A stretch of DNA of 64,000 nt, taken from assembly GCA_002633005.1 (NCBI GenBank), contig NMRA01000006.1:80485-144484 (forward strand), given 5' to 3'. The notes beneath the pieces were generated by a model that did not search any database, had not been told where the DNA came from, and saw only the letters and a list, made by a program, of their open reading frames with translations. Position numbers and translations under genes: made by a program. This DNA comes from Phoronis australis (Eukaryota; Animalia; Phoronida). Within the stretch, counting starts at the first letter, position 1. Each line of letters starts with the position of its first letter. Of this stretch, positions 49,387-62,175 are shown piece after piece.

Positions 49387-52037
49387 TTTTCGCAGACCTC
49401 AATCAATGAATGACTCAGCAACTTTATGTTTGATGAAATTTAAAACCTGGTGAAGGGTTTAATTAACTCGTTCTTGAAATTGCTTTTGTTATTCTGTCAG
49501 TAAAGGCTTCCCCCCACTGGAACCTCGTTTTTCACTGTTTTAGATTGGTTTTGAGTTTCCTGGAATTGAAACCAGATGAGATTTTATGAGTTTTCAGTTA
49601 TGAGAATCTTCAATAAATAAGTCTATTTTAATAGACAAAATGAATCCACGACAGTTGATGTACCAAGAGAATGCATGAACACCCTGAATTGGATATTTTA
49701 GTCCCCGGGTTAAAGATCGTGGTTCATTTCCATGTGCAACGCGCAAACACTTCGGTTTAATTTGAACTTAGACACTTTTATTCGCCAAACTCCGATCCAA
49801 CAACTTGATAAGCGGGACGCTACCTTCACCTGCAGCTCTTGAGTGAGCTATGAAACCATCTCGTAGGTTTTTTTTTTTTTTTTAATGACGGCGTCTAGAT
49901 CACTTATGTGTTTTTCTTCTGCTTTGTGAAACTTAATACGTCATAGTTTTTCATGACCTCGCGGATGAACATTACAGCACAACTAATCGAGTCTCAACGC
50001 CTTGTTCTTTAGTAAATCTATTCTAGCTTGCGTCAGTTGTACAACGTATGTAGTAGTAGGCCCTACTAGCGACTTACTCGATGTCCTCCGATAACGAAAT
50101 TAATTGAGCTCGCCAAAAATAACTGTAGGCCTAATCCTGCTATTCGTTGATTTCAAACCAAATGTTTGAATTGCTTTACCTCCACGACAAAAGGTCACGA
50201 CTTTCCTGATCCGTAAACATCAAATACGTATTTGCTCTTCAAACAGCTTGAACTGGCCTAATGTCATTAGTAAGACAAGTTACATTAGTGAGTGTCGCGT
50301 CACGAGACCAAACTCGTTCCGGCAGCAGTGATCACGAATTTGCATGTCGTTCATCTTTCAGATTTAACCACAAAAAGAGATGGAAATACATTTTACGGAA
50401 AAATTACAATACGGATAATTAACAACAAAGCCGGAAATTATGTTGGTGCAAAACATAAAATAAAAAACTAGTACATGATTTTCCGAATTATTGAAATTTG
50501 GAAACTCTTTTTTGAAGGACACTCTTTTCCCAACTCTTGCTGTCCTTATCCAACCTTTTCGCTTTGTGTCCATCTTAATTGGCAGTTATTTTGGGAGAGG
50601 AATATGTCACGTCTCCGATACCCTTCAGGAGTTCGAGGCTGTTGTCCAAAATGGGGGTCTTAGTATTTTATTATAGGATCCCGTGTTCGGTGTCGGAAGA
50701 GATTTTTTTTTTAGTTAGACAAACTACCCAGCGTTACCTAGTTTTTCTTAGCTCGTTCCCTACAAAGACGACGAATTATTTCATGGTTTGCAAAGAATTG
50801 ACGGTCCCTTGTTCTTTGAGACTGCGCAGTCGGCGCATAAGATTAAAGCGACCACTTTATGGCACAGACGTGTAAGGGGTATAACTGGTGTCAATGGGGA
50901 GCAGGTGTAGGTCAACCAGGTGGTGGTGTTCGTGGTCTGTCTTCGAATTTTTATAATCGATACATTGCAAGATAAATTAGCTCGGCTAATTCGCGGTGAA
51001 TCGATTGGTACGGGTTAGCCACAGTCAGACTTAAGCTCGAGCATTCAAATGTTGGCGCAGGAGTTTCCTCATTCTACGTTCACTCACTGCAAGCTTCAAC
51101 TGAATTCAGACTCTGTCCATGGATATGACCAAATTGTTTTTACCACGTAGGCCTATCCGCCGGGCACAGCCTCGCGATGTCGGCAACTGCTGCTGGTAGG
51201 AACGGGGTGGCCGTCGGCGAACAACGACAAAAAAACTTCATCCGATCAACATATAAGCTTAAACATATTGTTTTGGGGTCATTACCGCACATTTTTCGCT
51301 CACCAAAAGTGTTACCCGCACGATCGGTCGTGATTTGATCGAGTCGCGTTCGTTAGAGCTCACGACAGACCCGCCCTGTTTAGATATTGGCTGTCGGGGT
51401 AATTTTCAATAGGATTAAACAGCTTTAGTGCTACAACCTCCCCCCCCCCCTCCCCCTACGTACCACCCAGCTTCACCTAAACCAACTGTAACCAACAAGT
51501 AAAGCGGCCTAGCCATGGCCGAGAGGCCGGGTACCTCGGTGTGAGCTAAACATGGCAATCCATTGCTGCCATTGCAATATCTTCAACACGTAAGTATAAA
51601 AACAACTTATATGCTTTCTGAAAGGTTATTTATTGATAAAATGCCATTCTGTCAACGACACTTTCTGTGCAGCTGCACTGGACAGAGTTCATCAACGTTA
51701 TTTTTGGATGAGAGATCCACAATCCAAGAGGTTACAATTCACACACGTTAGTGACATCTGACGGGAGATATAAGAAGGTTGCAGATGTTGCTTTTAGTGC
51801 TGTGTTGTAAAGTAACATGTTCAACGAACCCGTGCGCTAGGACCATTCAATGTCTATTCCAATTTCAACTTACAGTGCTTTGATTGCTTACAAGACTTAT
51901 TGATTAAATTATATTTGAAAACACGTTTGCGCGAAAATAGTCAAGTCCTTTCTGACACTGTATTCTGGGGGTTACCTAATAACGGTGACGTCATAATCCC
52001 CTAAAGAAGTAGTTCGTTCTTTCATCGAGACTGGTCC

Positions 52038-54761
52038 TCATTCCGCCACTCCCACTACGCGTTTCTTCACCGCATATACTGCCGCAGCTACAGTAATGAT
52101 TAAAACAATGAAACCCAGTCCGGTTGGTAACGCGTACGCGAGGACGGGTAAGTTGTTTTCCGGCTTGTTAAACGGGAGATGTTTAATGGACATTCTAAAC
52201 CCCTCTCTATTGTGAGCTTCGCACACTATCACCCCCACCTGCTTATGAGACCGGTTCCACGGTATTTCCAATGTGCCTACTGTTACTAGCTCTGACATAT
52301 TTGAGCTGGCCATGAACTCTTTCATTTGTCCTGACGGCGCAAACATTTTGATAGTTGCAGCGGGTTCGCCGGTAGACCAACAACTGACGCGTATCGTTTG
52401 GTCATCTACGACAACGAAACTGATATTTGGGGAAGAAGGTTTCATGCAGACAAGCGGAACATTGAGGAATTCCTCGATTGTGGCACTGGTCGCAACAGGC
52501 GAACTGCATCCTGGTATGCTTACTAGTTTCCGATTCCCGGCAGCTCGCCTCGACATCCATTTCTGCAATTCTTCCAGATGGCAATTGCAATGCAGAGGGT
52601 TGTTATTAAACAAAAATGTCTTAAGAAATGGTCCCTTCACCTTTTCAATGAAAGAACTCGGTAACCTCTGAAGTTCATTATTGTCAACATTAATTTGTTC
52701 GAGATTCACGCTAGATAGAAGACTGTCATCCATAAGTCTAACATTGTTTGACGACAAGGAGACTACTTTTAGACGATGAAGCGATTGTAATGTTTCGGAC
52801 TTAATTTCTTCGATTTGGTTGTGGTCCAGGAATAAGTAATCCAAATGAATTACACTCGAAAAGGCATCGTCGTCTATAGTCTTGATCTTGTTATTGGTAG
52901 CCCTAAGCTTACGCAGTGGGTATGGATAGCCAAGAGCCCACCACCTCCCAATTGTTTTTAATTGGTTGTTGTTCAAATACAATTGTTCCAGAGTTTTTAG
53001 CTCGCTGAAAGTGGAGTCTTCGACAACTCGAATGTCATTAAATGATAGATCAATGAGCTTTACGGATTCTAGTTTTCGAAACCAGTTTCTGCAGATGACA
53101 AAAATTTTGTTGTGGCTTAAAAATAAACGTTTTAAACTTTCCAAATCATCAAAGGCGCCAATTTGAATTTCAGTTATCCAGTTGTTTCCTAGGTGTAGAG
53201 TTGAAAGCAATTTCAAGCCTTCAAACGTCTTGTTGGTCACGAGCGCGATTTTGTTCCTATTAAGTTTAATAACGCTAACTGTGTGATTGAGAAATGCACC
53301 GTCTTCCAGTTCAGCAATGTTGCTATCTGACAGGTCAATATCATTCGAATGAACGTTGCCAAGAATCTGTCCCGATAATATCAACGTTTCATTACCCGTG
53401 TATCTTATATGAACTTCTTGGGCACGGAGAGAATTTGAAAATGCGGCCCGGTCACGTGATGAGTATTCTACCTCTATGAGTCTGCCATACAATTCCGGAA
53501 GTTGCGATAGCGAGTGGACAACTATTTTCATGCTATATAAATTCTTACAAGAGGCAAATGCGTCCTTTGGAATTACCGATAAACGACTGAAACTAATAGT
53601 AATGAAAATCAGCTCAAACAAAAATTTGAATTGATCAGTTTTCAAGTTGTTGATCTTATTACCATTTAGTGTCAAACCACGTAGCTCCCTCTGATGGTAA
53701 AATACATTCTTATGTATATCTTCAATATTGTTATCATTCAAATACAAGTTTTTGATCTTTGGCAGGTCACTGAAGATTCCTTCAGACAAAGTCGTCAGTG
53801 CGTTATGCGACAAAAACAGGCTGTCCATGGAACGGGCACTCACCCAACCGTCTTGGATCTCCGATATGATGTTGTGAGATAAATGTAGAGTGCGCAACAA
53901 TGGAATGTCACTAAACATGCCCTTGGTTAAGCAGCGAAGTTTGTTGTGACTTAGGAAAAGTGTCTTTAGTTGCGGCGTGGGATGAAAGGCACCAGGAGCT
54001 ATGACGTCAACGTTGTTTCCTGTTAGCAGCAGGGTTTGCAGACGTGACAATCCTTTGAACGTTGAGTTTTGGATGGACTGTATTCTGTTGTGTCTCAGAT
54101 CTAGGTATGCCAACGATGCAAGATGGACAAACTGATTTCCATGAAAGAGATCCAAGTCGTTGTTATGCAGTTCGAGCCGTGTCACCAGCTTCAAACCATT
54201 TATGGCTTCATTGTCCATGATCTGAATCGCGTTGTCACCGAGAGCTACGTTTGTGATAACGTTGGAGTGATTAAAGATGCCGCGAGTTATCTTCGAGAGC
54301 CGATTTCCTGTAAGGAAAATGTGCGTTAAGGATGGCAAGTATGATAGACACTTAACTGGCAACGACGTTATGTAATTCCCCGTCAAGTATAAGAAAAGTA
54401 GACTTGTGAGACCGGCAAACGTCTTTTCGGCCACGTGAGTTATTCGATTTTTTGACAAATCGAGACATTCTAAACCTCTAAGGTGAACAAACAAATTGTC
54501 TGGAATAACGATGATTTGATTTTTACTGAGATCGACCACGCGAACGTTCGACAAGTTGGTCGGCGGAGTTTCTAGAAAGGCATCTTGCTCAATTCGGCGA
54601 ATGTCACAGTTATGCAGGAGAATGTCGTCTGATTTATCACAAGCCTTTTTCACTATGTCTGCGGTCAGCGTTGTGGTCTGATCCGGATTAAGAGATTTGC
54701 ACGCAAGTGTTTCCACGCACGTCGAATAGAGTAAAACGGCGAACCATATCGGTAAAATCAT
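52038..54761 (-). CDS. Single-exon LRR-LRRCT-Ig-transmembrane receptor (LRRIG/LIG type), 907 aa
   Basis: Signal peptide MILPIWFAVLLYSTCVETLA; ~25 extracellular LxxLxLxxNxIxxI repeats; LRRCT NPLHCNCHL..W..GCSSP; Ig-like VSCWSTGEP..LEI..GVIVCEAHN; TM VLAYALPTGLGFIVLIITVAAAVYAV; KKR stop-transfer and a 9-aa tail. Confidence 0.95.
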   Translation of the reverse strand: MILPIWFAVLLYSTCVETLACKSLNPDQTTTLTADIVKKACDKSDDILLHNCDIRRIEQDAFLETPPTNLSNVRVVDLSKNQIIVIPDNLFVHLRGLECLDLSKNRITHVAEKTFAGLTSLLFLYLTGNYITSLPVKCLSYLPSLTHIFLTGNRLSKITRGIFNHSNVITNVALGDNAIQIMDNEAINGLKLVTRLELHNNDLDLFHGNQFVHLASLAYLDLRHNRIQSIQNSTFKGLSRLQTLLLTGNNVDVIAPGAFHPTPQLKTLFLSHNKLRCLTKGMFSDIPLLRTLHLSHNIISEIQDGWVSARSMDSLFLSHNALTTLSEGIFSDLPKIKNLYLNDNNIEDIHKNVFYHQRELRGLTLNGNKINNLKTDQFKFLFELIFITISFSRLSVIPKDAFASCKNLYSMKIVVHSLSQLPELYGRLIEVEYSSRDRAAFSNSLRAQEVHIRYTGNETLILSGQILGNVHSNDIDLSDSNIAELEDGAFLNHTVSVIKLNRNKIALVTNKTFEGLKLLSTLHLGNNWITEIQIGAFDDLESLKRLFLSHNKIFVICRNWFRKLESVKLIDLSFNDIRVVEDSTFSELKTLEQLYLNNNQLKTIGRWWALGYPYPLRKLRATNNKIKTIDDDAFSSVIHLDYLFLDHNQIEEIKSETLQSLHRLKVVSLSSNNVRLMDDSLLSSVNLEQINVDNNELQRLPSSFIEKVKGPFLKTFLFNNNPLHCNCHLEELQKWMSRRAAGNRKLVSIPGCSSPVATSATIEEFLNVPLVCMKPSSPNISFVVVDDQTIRVSCWSTGEPAATIKMFAPSGQMKEFMASSNMSELVTVGTLEIPWNRSHKQVGVIVCEAHNREGFRMSIKHLPFNKPENNLPVLAYALPTGLGFIVLIITVAAAVYAVKKRVVGVAE

Positions 54762-55510
54762 CTTAATTCGCTAACTGCGCTAATTGTTCTTTATGTAGTC
54801 CAATAGCCACAGTGTCAACGTGAATGCGTCTGCCCAGTTAAGAAACAAAGCATACGGTAAAACGTCACATTTTATAATTTACGCTACAGGGTGTGCTGAC
54901 TATAGGTGGGTTAGTTCTGTAAGTCATTCATTAGTAGTCACTTCTTCAAATCTAGTCTGCAGTTTGAGGCAATTGATTTGGACTCTTTTCTTGTGAATAG
55001 GTATCATTATAGCAGTTTTCCAAACATTAGGATATGTTCATGTTTGCAGTATTTTATTTAACAAACGAGTGATTGGCAGAGACAAGTGCTTAGCAATTAG
55101 ATTAATTACTTTGTTTGTTATATAGTTGGTGTCGTCACTTTTAATTACGTAAATATTTCTGCTATCTGAACAACTTCTACAGCTGACACTTGAAAATCTT
55201 ACAATTTGTTTGGAGTGTTTCTGAACGCCAGTGAGTACTTTGGCGGAGTTGGTAACTGGCTCTTATTTGTGAAGTAATCCAAAAGAGCTGACATTTTCGG
55301 TACTGTGCTTGGCTATTGCCGTCTTGAGAGTTAATGACAAGATTAGGGGTTTGGTTTGTGTATTTCTCGCAATTTGTTTGTAATATTAAAATATAAAAAA
55401 TAATTGCAGGTGGTCTGATACACGTTGTACCAGACGTGCGCAGGCCTCGCATGTGGGCCCACTGCACTGATCACCTGGAAATATTTTTATGCTTTATTAA
55501 TATATGGTTA

Positions 55511-55627
55511 AAACCGAGCTGAGGAGCTAGAAACCTGGCTCAAGGGTTTAGCAATGTGACCTGCTGGGACTTGAACCCACGACCTCGAGTAAAGAAAGCG
55601 GGCACTTATCAACCGGGCCACACTGCC
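55511..55627 (-). mobile_element. tRNA-derived SINE head
   Basis: A-box-like TGGCCCGGTTGA and B-box GGTTCAAGTCC, followed by SINE-like body CCCTTGAGCCAGG; no clean acceptor stem. Confidence 0.65.
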
Positions 55628-56555
55628 TCCTCAATTTGTTTGTAAGGGACCCATGTTCTTTTGCGTTTTTGAAGACAATTGGCATGAAGACTTGTTTATG
55701 TGTGTAATTGAATTGAGGAAATATTTATATATTTAAGTGAAGAGGACATATTTAAGTGTCTAATTGAAGTTAATGAAAAAACGTTTAGGTGTTTATGTGA
55801 TTACGTATTATTGACCTCTCATGTCTCACTCCTGCATGAACTCTTGACTTTTAACCTTGACCTTTACATCATGCTGGTTCGTGTAACTTTGAAAATGAGG
55901 AACGTACCTCGAAACATATTAAAAAATGAAGTTGTGTACTATTTGGCTATTTATTAAATGTTTGATTGAATGTGCTTCTGCTGAACAGGTCTTTTGAGAA
56001 TCGAATTCTTTTGTAGCTATATCAGAATGCTTAGCCTACTGTTTTCGCATGTCCGATACAAGTTAAAATTCGAAGACATTCTTACATCAATTTCGGTGAA
56101 GAAAAGAAACGTAACGTGGTCTAATTTCGAATTCTAATTTCAATTTAACCGCCGAAACATTGACTTTGACTTTCGCCAAATTTCCGCCCCTGTCAATGAT
56201 ATACTGATTGTTTTATATTTGATGATTGTTTGAAGTCGAGTCGGTGGATTGGTATTTTAGTTGATCGCTTTTCAAAATAGAAAATCCTCCTGAGAAGAGC
56301 AAAACGATACAGGGTATGTTTTTCTTACTGGTCACGTAGCCCATCATGCGTTTCAAACCTTCCTCACTTCCGTTTTGCCCCCAAATTGATATGTTCGGAC
56401 GTTTTTGGTCGGTGAGCACAAATCTCAAATGACGAGTATTACAGATATCAGAAACAATGGATTTCCCGAATTTCTCTAGCATAAATTTAAATGCTCAATA
56501 CTCCTCACCAAACCTCGGAAAGATTGGGCCAAGTTGTTTTTAGAAGGCTGCTAAT

Positions 56556-57075
56556 GGGGCCATTCGGAGAATTCTCCTCGCGGTGTCGCTGGTGTACTAG
56601 TGGTGATTGCATTGCGCATGCGTCGCTGTCTGCATGTAAACAGCTGGTAAAAAGACGGATTGTTATCAAAATACGTCGTCGCGCAAAGCCTTATTATTGC
56701 TATTTTCCGTGGTGCAAGTCTTCGACAGGTGGTCACAAATTACCAAAAGACCTAAGGTTACTACATTCGTGGAGCATTGCGGTCAAAAGGATCAACCAAC
56801 TGAGAAAAAGTCGACATCGGCGAGTATCTCAGTTAACAGGCATCAGTAGAATAAACATGAAATAATCGTTAAAATAATCACAAACCTTACCTTTGTATAA
56901 GGTCGTGCTTACTTTCTCTGATAGAAGCACCCTTTTCACACAATCTCAGATTCAGTTGGCACGCCTACAAGCCATTTCACCATGTATTTAAGGGGCTCGC
57001 GAAATCGAGGCTGTTAATCTATCACCACTAGTACACGCGCGCCCTCTAGTTAATGTAAATTTTCCGAATAGCCTC
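56556..57075 (+). mobile_element. Internally deleted THAP element, ISL2EU (PIF/Harbinger group)-like
   Basis: Inverted ends G(G/A)GGC(C/T)ATTCGGA(G/A)AATT and GTGTACTAGTGGTGAT; AT on both flanks; internal THAP-like stub PYYCYFPWCKSSTGGHKLPKD..W.IAVKR. Confidence 0.6.
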
Positions 57076-58804
57076 ATTCGTCAAGCGTGTCCAACGTTTC
57101 ATGCAAAGTTACGCAACTGCAGGTAAAGATTGCACACCAAAGACTACATGGCTCATTATATGACACAGTGAGTATGAGTTTTTAGATGAATACTACTTTT
57201 ATCTCTCAAGTGGGACATCAATGGTACATTAGCAGTGGTAAGAACTGGGACTGGGTGAATTCACTTAAACGTAGGGTTTAGTAAACTTTTAAGCGTTAAA
57301 AGCAGCTAATGCGGAGCTTTTTAGGACAAAGGCGTTGCAATAAATAATGGAAATCCCTCCTGTTTCAAGGCTGCCTTTCACTGACATGGGCGGCTACAGA
57401 CCCCGCCCCCCACTTATTTCAGTGCTACGCCGCCTATGGGCTATGGGCGGTGCACCACAGGGAGCCGGGGGGCTGCGGCCCCCACTTAGTTAGTACTGTC
57501 CCGCCCATGACTGATCAGTAATGAGACACCCTCCAAACATCCTTGCAAGGACCCTGGAGGAACACAGTACAGTGTAGCCTACTGCGTTGCATTTGTGATG
57601 AGGATCCCTGAACTGACTCAACTAATTAGTGAATTCGTGACAATATTGACATTCAATAACTATGGTGAACATGAGATATCATGTGAAGTGGTGACTTTGT
57701 TGCAAATGACGTGTGCACAGAGTGATAATTGACGTGAACATTTACTAATGAAGTAAAAGTACAGGGTGATCTCATGAAACAGTTCCCAAAGTTTTGCTAA
57801 TATTTGTTCTATAATGGAGGCAGGAGCTTCAAATTTTGCTGACTGTTAATTTTATGTTTTGAGTTCACGTTGGTCTTGAACACTTTGACGCTAGCGTTTT
57901 CGGCAACTCGGCATTCATTGTTACCCAGGCGATATCGAGGGTAACAATACGTCATAACATCGCCCAAGGCCAACAGATCCAGATCCTGATCGCACCATTT
58001 TCAGCGCGATAGAAAGCTGTACTTGCTGAACCTCAACCTCACCCACCGCACCAGAACCGAGTGCACCGCCGGTCGAAACTGCGTAGTGGTTGTCAATATT
58101 AAATGCGCGTCAGATCCGCCTCGTTAACAGACATTCGGAGTGGTGCCCTTTCGGAGTGGCGAATCCTCGAAGCAGTGAACCTTCGGACATGTAATTAATA
58201 ATTCATTGTCATTCCCACGTTATAATCTTTACTTTTGCCAAGCCTGAAAGACGCGCATGCACTGCCGCAGTAAAATTTGACATTGTTCAAATTTGAATAT
58301 TGCATAATCCGACCAAAAAATGTGCAGCCATGTGTTATCAACTGTATCACAAATGTGCGTTGTCACATTTATTTGGATTCGCAGTTGGCACTTATGATTC
58401 CGAAAACCATAAAACTCAGAATTCCATAACAAATATTGTACAGTTTGTACATAACTGTGTTGTTACCATAGACATCACATAGACCGGGCGCGCGCCACTC
58501 AGATACATGAAGCTCGCGTTGTCAATATGACGCCATATTGGAGAGTGTTGCACAGGACAAAAATGGCGGAAAACACTGGGAGCCCTACGGCATCAATCAG
58601 AAAATCCGGGGGCTCGCAGTGTTATGCCTGCAGCCAAAGAGTTAAGTTTTTTGGCCCTGCCATTGAGTCATGGGTTTTTTTTTGGTTCGGCCATGGAGCT
58701 TAGTTGTGCTGCCACTAGGTTTTCATGTTCTGCCACCACAGTTTAAGCGGAGCGACTATGCGTTGTTTCCACTGACATCAGTCTTGGAGATTGAGATCAT
58801 TTAA

Positions 58805-59768
58805 ACAGTACACACCATGGATTTTTGCACATTTTAAATTACCGGTGGCCACAGACTAAATGTATGACATAAAATTTAGCTAAACCCATGTTTATTTTGT
58901 GTAATTTGCTCGAAATTTTGATTTTTCTTTCAAATTTGCCAATTTTCACATTTCCCGCCATGTGACGTCATGGGTTGAACACAAGAGATCAGTGACTAGC
59001 ATTGAACAATGGCGGAGAGCAGGGAATTTGAAAGTGACGACGATTATGAGCAAGAATTGAACGAATACTATGAAGAAACGTACGGGAATGATGGCCAGAA
59101 TGAGGAAATGGGGTTGCACAAAAGCGAGAACAAGTTTAATGTGCTTCCGGCTGCGTACTTTTCTACTTTGAGCCTTATGAACTGGATCCTCCCGCGAGAG
59201 AAGAGGGCCTCGGGCTCGGCGAGTTAACCCAGTCATCCAACAGACGATCCTGAATTAAGGGCTGATGTTTCTGAATGATAAGTATTGTCCTTTATTGAAC
59301 CAGGCCTTCATCGTAATGTCTCCTGTGACTGGAGTCGAAACACGAGTCCTCAAAGTGGGCAGAACACAGAGTGGCCCCGGACCGAATCGCTTGGTCCACG
59401 ATGACGTCCCACACTCTCGTTCGGCGCACGAAGCCATGCCACTTCTGCGCAACTTTGGTGTCCTTCGGAACACCGAGACGTTTTCCGCCTGGCTGCTGTT
59501 GCTGCAGCCTCCGGAAACACATCTTTTGATCCCTCTACGAACCTTCTCGACGCTAAATATACTTTGCTTTCTCTTCACTCTATATACTTTGTCTCTGATC
59601 CGAACAGTATGGCGAACGACTTGGTTCAACCCATGACGTTGTACATAACTATTATTTTTTTTCAATTTTTGCGTGTTTCTTTGCGAACTGTGCACTAAAG
59701 GCACTGAAATCAAGTAAGATATAATAATAAAATTTATTTTGAGGTACTAGAGTCATGTTGTGTACACT
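58805..59768 (-). mobile_element. Internally deleted Kolobok-like element of a second family (convergent THAP and KolX-like stubs)
   Basis: TTAA at 58801-58804 and 59769-59772; imperfect 15-bp TIR ACAGTACACACCATG / AGTGTACACAACATG; minus-strand frameshifted THAP RCVSGGCSN..PKD..KWHGFVRRTR..LCSAHFEDSCF (~59525-59290); plus-strand acidic ORF from 59009 with YFEPYELDP after a frameshift. Confidence 0.65.
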
Positions 59769-60871
59769 TTAAGATCAATTAAAAAGATAGTTATTGACCA
59801 GAATATGCTGTTATCCAATGATGATGCTGTTTGTTAATTGTAATTAAGTAAATATTGGGTATTAATGACAATCATATGTATTTTACTCGCACTGAAAAAT
59901 AACATCCCCGAACTTTCTCGCCAGCCATCCAAATCAGTACATCTAAATTAATAGTGTATTCTTTGTTGAAATATATACTGCTTTAAAAACTCATTTCTTA
60001 GTATGTATTCCAAAATCAGATGTTTTCTGTTGTATCAAAACAAACAAATCCCTGCAAAGTCTGTACTTATGTCGAAGTTAATATTGGAAAATTTGTAGTT
60101 TTGCAATGCTCGCTTACGAGCTCTTTGTTCTCCGACTCAAAACTTGTGCAAAAAGTAAAGTGCATAGTAACCAAAATATCAAACCTGTATGACTGAATTG
60201 CGCAACCGAGCTATATACAGAATTTTCCACGCGAAAACGAGTGGAAATATATCCAGCCGAGCTGGTGTAGCATTAACTAATGACCTCGTGAAAAATGACC
60301 CCAGTTAGTTTTAGTATTAAGATGTCTGTGGTTGTTACAAATCAGGGCGTTGATATTGTGTAAGTAAGGATTCGCGCCAGCTGTTGGTCAAGTCACGTGA
60401 CCTATAGTAAGTCAAAAAAATCTCGACCCCAGCCGTTAGCCAGTAGACTAAGGCACCGGCAATTTGTCAGTTGCCACCGTGAACCATTGTGAAGAATCTG
60501 AGAGGCTTTAAGTTTAAGTGTCATTTTCTGCTTAAATAGAGGCCACATTGGTACGAATGCTACACACAGAAAAGTGTCAGAGTGTATGTAACCTTTGTTG
60601 TGGATCTGAAATAATACTGGCTTTTACTTATTTTTTAAAATAAAGCGCTCGGAAAGCGATGGCTTTCGGTAAAATGCCTTGCACCTCGTAAAATCGACAA
60701 TTTCTACTTGTTATTAGCAATTCCAGGGTTCTTAAGAAGAGAAGTGTGACGTTTATAGTTTAATCGTCCCTGGTGACCCCTTTGTTAGTTATGATTTGTG
60801 AAATAATTTGAGATATTTACCAATACAAGCTGGTCCTTGTGTGAGACGGCGATCGGGGACGATGTCGTTAA

Positions 60872-62175
60872 AGGCGAAGGCAACCTTTTTTCATGTCACT
60901 TTTAGCAAAAATAAGGTCTGTTGATTATTCCAGACATATTTTCCACTTAATTAAAGCTTTTCGTAGTTAAATTAATTTCTCGTCCTCTACTCCGGAAGTG
61001 ACGTTTTAGGAGGCAAGAATTTTTCTCCAATTTCTTTTCATACAGTCAGACTGTGAGAGCTGTCAAGTCAGTCATTGTTCTACCTTGGATGTGATAAGTT
61101 CGGTCGTCGTTTGCTTTTGTTTACGAGTCAGTCAACATGCCGCACTGTTGCTGTGTACTCATTATCGTCTCACGCGCGCTTTGGGTACCTTGCATCGCTT
61201 TCGAAGGATGACATACTTCGCCGTACTTGGCTAGCTCGTTCGTGTAAAAAACGCAGCGCTACCCGTTCACGCAACGTACAAAGCAGTGGCAAGCATTTTC
61301 AGCAGTCAGATTACGACTGAGATATGTACGTACGCTGAATTGATGAAGGTCCCTGCGAAACAACGCCTGAAGAAGTGTTCCATACCGTAGCTGTTGATTC
61401 CCGGCAGTGCCCCGTTGCCACCCCCGAGAAGTGCGTTTTTGAAGCGAGAAGCCTAGCGAGCTCTGGCCACTGTAAACAGTGGCTGGAGGCACTTCATCCA
61501 CTGTCACCCGTGCCTCCAAACGTACCCCATAGCGTGCAATTCCAGGAACTAGCAGTAATTCCCCGTGTGCTGTTGTCTCTAGCCCAGAGCCTGTAAGCAG
61601 CCCTGCAGCGATGTTGAGTAGTGGGAGTGAATACAGGCCCAGTTTGACACCCAGTGAAAAGGACAGTTCGTCATCCAATGAACAGATCGGTGGGCCTAAG
61701 TTTAATAAGTTTATTGTGGGCTTGTATTGGAGCTATTTAGAAGGTGTCACGTGTGTGACGAGGGAGTCGCACGGCGAGATGTAAGCAGTTTGGGTGCTCA
61801 AGTCACCATCCACTGGGAGTGTGTCGCGGGACACTGGGGCAAGTGGGGCAGTTATTCCTCTGTACGTGAGACGATAATGAGTACTTCTCGGTGGGCAGCA
61901 ACAGCGTGACATGTTGACTGACTCGTAAACAAAAGCAAACGACGACCGAACTTATCACAACCGAGGTAGAACAATGACTGACTCGACTGCTCTCACAGTC
62001 AGACTGTATGAAAAGAAATTGGCGCGAAATTCTTGCCTCTCAAAACGTCACTTCCGGAGTAGACGACGAGTAATTAATTAAATTACGAAAAGCAGTAAAT
62101 AAGTGAAAAATATGTCAGGGATAATCAACGAACCCTATTTTTGTTAAAAATGACATGAAAAAGTTGCCTTCGCCT
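60872..62175 (+). mobile_element. Second, degenerate copy of the 26744 Kolobok family, carrying two left ends
   Basis: Same AGGCGAAGGCAAC termini; TTAA left, TTAT right; inverted repeat extends ~310 bp (60872-~61175 / ~61865-62175) into the THAP start codons. Confidence 0.9.
61137..61864 (+). pseudogene. Frameshifted Kolobok transposase N-terminus (THAP + linker + Cys/His domain)
   Basis: Colinear with 27009-27417 but with indels; continues to KFIV..LELFRRCHVC..GAQVTIHWECVAGHWGKWGS, the CxxC..CxxxH..W.S domain seen after THAP in Kolobok transposases. Confidence 0.8.

Noticed and set aside
38512-54329. Short + strand ORFs overlapping the two long genes
   Set aside because: Antisense shadows of the real coding sequences with no domain signal.
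52038-54761. Toll-like receptor
   Set aside because: No TIR domain (stop 9 aa after the TM) and an Ig domain follows the LRRCT.
55556-55627. Functional tRNA gene
   Set aside because: A/B boxes are present but the acceptor and anticodon stems do not pair well and a SINE-like body follows.
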